Origin: Rhodospirillales bacterium
GTDB taxonomy: Bacteria; Pseudomonadota; Alphaproteobacteria; Rhodospirillales; UBA2165
Length of the DNA stretch: 64,000 nt
Assembly: GCA_965213765.1 (NCBI GenBank)
Contig: OZ243926.1
Span: forward strand, 2,626,971-2,690,970
Direction: 5' to 3'
In this document: piece by piece, positions 58,419 to 64,000 of the stretch
Layout: every line of letters starts with the position of its first letter
How positions within the stretch are numbered: the first letter of the stretch is position 1
Notes under the pieces: generated by a model
Database searches by the model: none
What the model saw: only the letters and a program-made list of their open reading frames with translations
What the model was told of the DNA's origin: nothing
Position numbers and translations under genes: made by a program

Positions 58419-59156
58419 ATGAGCATATGGGGAAAAGTCATCGGCGGCGTGGCGGGATTTGCGCTTGGCGGACCGATCGGCGGGCTCCTGGGCGCGGTCG
58501 CCGGCCACGCCATGGACCGGGCCCGGGTTGGTCAACGCCTCACCGGCCCGGCCTCGCAACAGGCCAGGCAGTCGGCGGTGGCGGTCGCCGTGATCGTTCT
58601 CGGCGCCAAGATGGCCAAGGCCGATGGCCGGGTAACCCGCGACGAAATCGAGGCCTTCAAGACGGTGTTCCAAATTCCGGCCGGCGACATGCGCGACGTC
58701 GGCCGCCTGTTCAACGAGGCGCGGCGGGAAGCAGAGGGCTTCGAGCCCTATGCCGAGCAGTTGGGCGCCATGTTCGCCCACGAACCGCAGGTCCTGGAGG
58801 GCGTCCTCGGCGGATTGATGCACGTCGCCCTTGCCGACGGCGTCGTCCATCCGAATGAAATCAAATTTCTCGAAAAGGTAAGTGCGTCGTTCGGCTTCTC
58901 GGCATACGATTTTGAACGCATTCGCGCGACCCACATGGGACCCGACGAAGCCGATCCCTACGAGATTCTGGGTATCCCGCGGGATGCGAACGAAGCGGAG
59001 ATCAAGGCGGCCTACCGAAAGCTGATCAGGGAAAATCATCCCGATACCTTGATCGCCCAAGGCCTGCCACAGGAATTCATTGATGTGGCGAACGAAAAGA
59101 TGGCGGCGATCAACGCGGCCTATGAGAAGGTCGAAAAACTGCGGTCCCTGCCCTAG
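58419..59156 (+). CDS. djlA: DjlA-type co-chaperone (TerB-like domain plus C-terminal J domain)
   Basis: Gly-rich N-terminal TM (..GGVAGFALGGPIGGLLGAVAG..), a TerB-like middle region, and a J domain (..DPYEILGIPRDANEAEIKAAYRKLIRENHPD..). Confidence 0.75.
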   Translation: MSIWGKVIGGVAGFALGGPIGGLLGAVAGHAMDRARVGQRLTGPASQQARQSAVAVAVIVLGAKMAKADGRVTRDEIEAFKTVFQIPAGDMRDVGRLFNEARREAEGFEPYAEQLGAMFAHEPQVLEGVLGGLMHVALADGVVHPNEIKFLEKVSASFGFSAYDFERIRATHMGPDEADPYEILGIPRDANEAEIKAAYRKLIRENHPDTLIAQGLPQEFIDVANEKMAAINAAYEKVEKLRSLP

Positions 59157-59171
59157 CCGAGGAGCCCCAAG

Positions 59172-59864
59172 GTGATCAGCTTTCGCGATCGGCCTTCGCC
59201 CAATTTCGACGGTCGCCCGGACGGCGCCCCCATCGATATGCTGGTCCTCCACTATACCGGCATGAGAACGGCAACGGAGGCGCTCGACCGGCTTACCGAC
59301 CCCGAGGCAAGGGTAAGCGCCCACTATGTCGTCGAGGAAGACGGTACGGTCTGGCGGTTGGTGGATGAAAAAGCGCGTGCCTGGCATGCCGGGATTTCCG
59401 CCTGGCGCGGCGAGACCGACATTAACGGCCGCTCCGTGGGGATCGAATTGGTCAATCCCGGTCATGAGTTCGGCTACCGCCCGTTTCCCGGCGCACAGAT
59501 TGAAGCATTGATCGAGTTGACGAAAAGCATATTGGAGCGCCACCCCATCCCGCCCCGCAATGTCGTGGGACACGCGGATGTCGCCCCGGCCCGCAAGATG
59601 GATCCGGGTGAGTTGTTCGACTGGCCACGGCTCGCCGCGGCCGGCATCGGCCTCTGGCCGGCGGACGGCCAAAAAGCGGGCGCCGGGGGCCATGCCGCGG
59701 AACTCGGCGGCATCGGTTATGACACCACCGAACTACCCGCCGCGGTGACGGCATTTCAGCGCCACTTCAGGCCGTCATCGATTGACGGCGAAATTGACGC
59801 CGAGACCGGCCGGCTGATCGGCGCGGTTTACCGCCTGGCGACAGGCACCCGGCAGCCGGATTAG
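59172..59864 (+). CDS. N-acetylmuramoyl-L-alanine amidase (AmpD/amidase_2 family) with C-terminal peptidoglycan-binding-like domain
   Basis: ..IDMLVLHYTGM.. ..SAHYVV..DG.. ..AWHAG.S.W.. ..IGIELVN.G.. ..VVGHADVAP.RK.DPG.. The TAG stop (59862-59864) overlaps the TA flank and first base of R13. Confidence 0.85.
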   Translation: MISFRDRPSPNFDGRPDGAPIDMLVLHYTGMRTATEALDRLTDPEARVSAHYVVEEDGTVWRLVDEKARAWHAGISAWRGETDINGRSVGIELVNPGHEFGYRPFPGAQIEALIELTKSILERHPIPPRNVVGHADVAPARKMDPGELFDWPRLAAAGIGLWPADGQKAGAGGHAAELGGIGYDTTELPAAVTAFQRHFRPSSIDGEIDAETGRLIGAVYRLATGTRQPD

Positions 59865-60148
59865 GGTCTGTACTCAATTAGGAGATTCTCCTTTTTGCGC
59901 TTTCTCCCTCTGCCCCCCTCCCCCGGGAAGGGGGCGAGGGAACGCACCGAAACTCCCTCTCCCTCTCTGAGGGAGAGGGTCGGGGTGAGGGTGATATGGA
60001 ATTTCCCCCTCACCCGGCGCCGGGTAGGCTCGGCATTCGCCTCGCCAACCGTCCGCATCCCTCTCCCCCTGACGGGGGCGAGGGACCTTGTGCCGCGCCG
60101 TCTTCATCGCCGCAACACTCCTATGGTGGCTCAATCGGGTCCGGACCC
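59864..60148 (-). repeat. GTCCGGAC-TIR mosaic element, copy R13 (complete, inverted orientation)
   Basis: TA(59862-3)-gggtctgtactcaattaggagattctccttttt.. through ..cctatggtggctcaatcgggtccggaccc-TA(60149-50). Same module order as R3/R4 in reverse complement. Confidence 0.85.
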
Positions 60149-60242
60149 TAGGCTACGTGTCGAACCGGCGCTGGACGCCGGGTCGGCCTCACCCTCGGCC
60201 GCCAAGCCCTTTATTTTTGACGGCAATTATCATAGATATAGC

Positions 60243-60634
<392 letters not shown>

Positions 60635-60660
60635 TTTTCGCCAATCCCAACGGACGCAGC

Positions 60661-61200
60661 TCACTGCCTGTCCCGAAATGTTTCCCAAATGCCGTGGAAG
60701 ACGTTCTCCAGATCCCGCGTGAATTTAGCGGCGTCACAAATGGGAGCGTCCCCCATCCGGGCCCGCAGCCCCATCCGTACCTCCGCCAACTCCTCGATCC
60801 GTCCCGCCCAATCGACGGCAAGCGCAACATAGCGATCCTCATCGTCGGCAATCCAGTCGGCGAGGCCGACATTGGAGAGGTGGCTGACGCCGTGGCGGCC
60901 ACTGAACAGTCTGCCGCGGAGGGAGATGACCGGAACGCCCATCCATAGCGATTCGAGGGTCGTCACCCTCCACGGCGCTCCATCGATCCGAGAAGAAATA
61001 ATCGACGGACGAAATGCCGCAGGTCGACGCGTAGCCGGTCCACGCCACTTGAACCGGCGCCGGCTTCCGGGCCACGACACTTCGTCTGTTGCGCCGCGCA
61101 AGTCCGGACAGATCGGCGAGGATGTCTATTTCATCATCGGCAATTTGACGGAATACCGTGTCATCATCCAGTTGCCGCTGATTTTTCCATACGTCGGCCC
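60661..61200 (-). pseudogene. remnant of a TPR/GT41 (SPINDLY-like O-GlcNAc transferase family) gene, 5'-truncated with internal deletion or frameshift
   Basis: One frame gives ..IADDEIDILADLSGLARRNRRSVVARKPAPVQVAWTGYASTCGISSVDYFFSD... A different frame gives ..TTLESLWMGVPVISLRG..GVSHLSNVGLADWIADDEDRYVALAV..LRARM..PICDAAKFTRDLE... The roughly 100 aa expected between them are missing, and no N-terminal TPR region is present. Confidence 0.6.
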
Positions 61201-61335
61201 GGCTGCGGAGACTGTCCGTTTTGGCCGGTACGGAATGCGCTGCCCGCTCAACGGATCAGGCAGCCCTGATTGACTCCCTGTTGTCCTGCCGCCATCCTCA
61301 CCGCCAAACGGACCCAGCTACCAGGGGAGGATTTC

Positions 61336-62004
61336 ATGGGGCAGGACATTCAGCTGACAGCCGGCGACGGCCACACTTTCGATGCATACCGGGCCGACCC
61401 GGATGGGACGCCGAAGGCGGGATTGGTGCTCATCCAGGAAATCTTCGGCGTAAACAATCATATCCGCGCCGTCACCGACGAATGGGCCGGGGCGGGCTAT
61501 GCGGTGATTGCGCCGGCGCTCTACGACCGGGCGGAGAAGAACGTGCAGCTCGGCTACGACGAGGATGGCCGTCAGACCGGTATGGGTCTCCGCGAGAAGG
61601 TCGCCTGGGACGACAGCGTCAAGGACATCGGCGCCGCCGCCGCGGCGCTGAGGGATGCGGGCAAGGTCGGCATTATCGGCTACTGCTATGGTGGAACGGT
61701 CTCCTGGCTTGGTGCCTGCTCGGGCGATTTTGATGCCGCGTCGTGCTACTACGGCGGCGGTATCGGCAACTTCCTCGACCGCGATGCCACGTGCCCGGTA
61801 ATGATGCATTTCGGCGCCGAAGACCAGGGCATCCCCATGGAGACCGTGGACGATATTCGAGCCGCCAAGCCCGGTGCCGCCGTCCATGTGTATGACGGCG
61901 CGGGTCATGGGTTCATCTGCGACGAAAGACCCTCATACAACGAGGCCGCCACCGACCTCGCCCGCGCCCGCTCCAGGGAATTTTTCGCTGAGCATCTGAC
62001 GTAG
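61336..62004 (+). CDS. dienelactone hydrolase family protein
   Basis: ..GLVLIQEIFGVNNHIR..AGYAVIAPALYDR.. ..GIIGYCYGG.. (nucleophile Cys) ..GAGHGF.. The start is at ATG 61336 with a GGGGAGG RBS. Confidence 0.85.
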   Translation: MGQDIQLTAGDGHTFDAYRADPDGTPKAGLVLIQEIFGVNNHIRAVTDEWAGAGYAVIAPALYDRAEKNVQLGYDEDGRQTGMGLREKVAWDDSVKDIGAAAAALRDAGKVGIIGYCYGGTVSWLGACSGDFDAASCYYGGGIGNFLDRDATCPVMMHFGAEDQGIPMETVDDIRAAKPGAAVHVYDGAGHGFICDERPSYNEAATDLARARSREFFAEHLT

Positions 62005-62079
62005 CCGCCAAGCGCATCCTGTCCGTATGGACCCCTGCGGGCGGATCGAATCGGGTATAATGGGCATTCGATTGGGGAT

Positions 62080-63261
62080 TTGTTCGAATTGACCGAAACC
62101 ACCGCCACGCTGCCCCTGGACGGGTTTGACGACGACGCCGGCAGTGACGACAACATCCACTCGACCGGTATTCTGCCGTCACAGGCCCTTCGCGAACTCC
62201 TGAAGAACCGTCGGATATTTGCCGCCGACGATGAGGAGGAGGTAGGCGAGGATCAAATTCAGCCGGCCAGTCTGGATTTGCGGCTTGGCCGGACCGCCTA
62301 CCGGGTTCGGGGAAGTTTCCTGCCGGGCGCCGGCAAGACGGTGGCGAGCCGCCTCGATGCCTTTACCATGCACAAGATCGACATCACCGGCGGCGCCGTC
62401 CTCGAGCGGAGATGCGTCTATGTGGTTCCGCTGCTCGAAGGCCTGAATCTGCCAAGAATGATGTCGGCTATGGCCAACCCAAAATCGTCAACCGGGCGGC
62501 TGGATATCTTTACCCGTGTGATCACCGATTGTTCGTCTGAATTCGACCGTATCGAGGAGGGGTATCGAGGCGGGCTCTATGCCGAAATCTCGCCCCTGAC
62601 CTTCAGCGTCCTGGTCCGGACCGGGACCCGGCTGAGTCAGCTTCGACTGCGGCGCGGCAAGCCGCCGGCTACAATGGCGGCCATGCGCCGGCTCCACGAA
62701 GCCTCGCCTCTGGTCTCAACCGACGATGCGGATATCGCCAAATCGGGGATCGTATTTACCGTCGATATCGCCGGTGCGGCCGAAGGCGGCGTGATCGGCT
62801 ATAAGGCCAAGCGCCACACCGGCGTCATCGATCTGGAAAAAGCCGGTCACTACGAGATCCACGACTTTTGGGATCCCATCGTCAATCGCGGAAACACCAA
62901 CATCACCCTCGATCCGGATGAATTTCACATCCTGGCCTCCAAGGAGACGGTCAGCGTGCCGCCCGACCACGCCGCCGAAATGCGCGCTTTCGACAGCCAC
63001 GTGGGAGAGTTCCGGGTGCACTATGCCGGCTTTTTCGATCCCGGATTCGGCCATGATGCCGCGGGCGGGCAAGGCAGCCGGGCGGTGCTCGAGGTCCGTC
63101 CACGGGATGTCCCCTTTGTTTTGGAAGACGGCCAGACGATGGGCCGCCTGGTTTATGAACGCCTCACCCAAACACCCGATCAACTTTATGGGTCCGGCAT
63201 CGGCTCCAATTATCAGAGTCAGGGCTTGAAATTATCCAAGCACTTTAAGCCGCCGTCCTGA
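62080..63261 (+). CDS. 2'-deoxycytidine 5'-triphosphate deaminase, long (approximately 390 aa) form
   Basis: ..GILPSQALRELL.. ..IQPASLDLRLG..AYRVRGSFLPG.. ..VPLLE.. ..NPKSSTGRLD.. fit a duplicated dCTP-deaminase/dUTPase-like fold. TTG start, uncertain. Confidence 0.7.
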   Translation: MFELTETTATLPLDGFDDDAGSDDNIHSTGILPSQALRELLKNRRIFAADDEEEVGEDQIQPASLDLRLGRTAYRVRGSFLPGAGKTVASRLDAFTMHKIDITGGAVLERRCVYVVPLLEGLNLPRMMSAMANPKSSTGRLDIFTRVITDCSSEFDRIEEGYRGGLYAEISPLTFSVLVRTGTRLSQLRLRRGKPPATMAAMRRLHEASPLVSTDDADIAKSGIVFTVDIAGAAEGGVIGYKAKRHTGVIDLEKAGHYEIHDFWDPIVNRGNTNITLDPDEFHILASKETVSVPPDHAAEMRAFDSHVGEFRVHYAGFFDPGFGHDAAGGQGSRAVLEVRPRDVPFVLEDGQTMGRLVYERLTQTPDQLYGSGIGSNYQSQGLKLSKHFKPPS

Positions 63262-63319
63262 TCCCGGCCCGCAACGGAACATTTGCGGACCATGCTGTGC
63301 ACGGCGGGGACGGCGTTTC

Positions 63320-63401
63320 TGTGGATAAATTGAAACCGGCGTTTTTGGTCGGTATTCCAAACGATTAAAGAAATTTCCTTGGTGGATATTTATGTGGATA
63401 A
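63320..63401. promoter_or_regulatory. cluster of DnaA-box-like motifs in an AT-richer intergenic region
   Basis: TGTGGATAA at 63320-63328 and 63393-63401 is a perfect complement of TTATCCACA. GGTGGATAT at 63381-63389 is a degenerate third copy. All three are in the same orientation. Confidence 0.45.
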
Positions 63402-63491
63402 CCTTGGAATAATGCGCGCCCAATGTGCGAGCCCGGAAGGGTGACTTGGTGTATAACAAGACATTCAGCTTCCCATCGAAGAGCGCTCGAC

Positions 63492-64000
63492 ATGGCCGAT
63501 AAAGACGACATCAAGGAAGGCAAGAACTTCCATCCCGAAATTCCCCACGAGAGTGAGAACTTCTTTCTGAAGGGTTCAAATTCCCTGGATTGGGGAATGC
63601 AAAATCGTCTGGCGCGAATTTTTCGTCCCGATACCGGACGCACGGTCATGCTCGCCTTCGACCACGGCTACTTCCAGGGACCGACCACCGGTCTGGAACG
63701 CATCGATCTCAACATCCGCCCGCTGGCGCCCTTCGCCGATGTGCTGATGTGTACCCGGGGCGCCCTCAGGACATCGATTCCGGCGTCCGTCACCAAGCCG
63801 GTTGTGCTGCGCTGCTCCGCCGGCCAGTCGATCCTCACGGAACTTTCCAACGAATTGATCGCCGTCGACATCGAGGACGCGATCCGCCTCGGCGCCTGCG
63901 CCATGGCCGCCCAGGTCTATATCGGCGCCGAGTACGAGCACAAATCCATCGCCAACGTCACCAAGCTTATCGACACCGGCACCAGATACGGCATCCCGAC
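63492..64000 (+). CDS. class I aldolase of the DhnA/LsrF (DeoC/LacD-like) family, 5' part (runs off the window)
   Basis: My own translation from ATG 63492 is [79 protein letters not shown]... It stays open to the window end. This ORF is absent from the supplied track. Confidence 0.7.
   Translation, partial: MADKDDIKEGKNFHPEIPHESENFFLKGSNSLDWGMQNRLARIFRPDTGRTVMLAFDHGYFQGPTTGLERIDLNIRPLAPFADVLMCTRGALRTSIPASVTKPVVLRCSAGQSILTELSNELIAVDIEDAIRLGACAMAAQVYIGAEYEHKSIANVTKLIDTGTRYGIP

Noticed and set aside
62080-63261. dCTP deaminase as an anti-phage nucleotide-depletion effector
   Set aside because: The long duplicated form looks like the version I recall as widespread in Alphaproteobacteria. Its composition matches the host and it lies among core genes, with no island signature.
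63262-63491. Chromosomal replication origin (oriC)
   Set aside because: There are only two perfect DnaA boxes and one degenerate box. No dnaA, dnaN, hemE or parAB neighbours are present and no obvious AT-rich unwinding repeats. This is too little evidence without a GC-skew analysis.

Overview
High-G+C chromosomal segment, judged alphaproteobacterial from gene content and order. All homology calls come from reading the translated ORFs, since no searches could be run.

The conserved blocks are:
- pyrF-trpF-trpB-trpA-folC
- trxA-addA-addB-(MurU-like)-(AmgK-like)-tsaE
- ahcY-NPr-EIIA(Man)-rapZ-hprK-chvG-chvI, with a GTP-dependent PEP carboxykinase on the opposite strand
- msrPQ and polA
- hppD plus an FAH-family hydrolase
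- an Ada-like gene plus mmcB
- asmA, a fused 5-oxoprolinase, djlA plus an AmpD-like amidase, and rnpB

I support about 50 CDS, one tRNA-Arg(CCG), RNase P RNA, one IS630-family IS and one IS5-family IS.

Three things fall outside ordinary annotation:
1. A roughly 1.9-kb low-G+C islet sits directly on the CCA end of tRNA-Arg (34969-36901). It is bounded by an 11/12-nt direct repeat and has no recombinase. Its only cargo is a translationally coupled pair of genes of unknown function (161 aa and 317 aa) with their own promoter-like signal. This is the best candidate for an undescribed accessory system.
2. A very dense family of hairpin-rich mosaic elements occurs at 13 loci, about 3 kb in total. 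Complete copies have about 20-nt terminal inverted repeats containing GTCCGGAC and are flanked by TA. Their ends repeatedly coincide with the stop codons of neighbouring genes, and both IS copies have landed in or next to them.
3. A separate, nearly perfect palindrome of about 50 bp is present in three copies.

Many long ORFs in the supplied track are antisense shadow ORFs or read-throughs of these repeats, and I rejected them.
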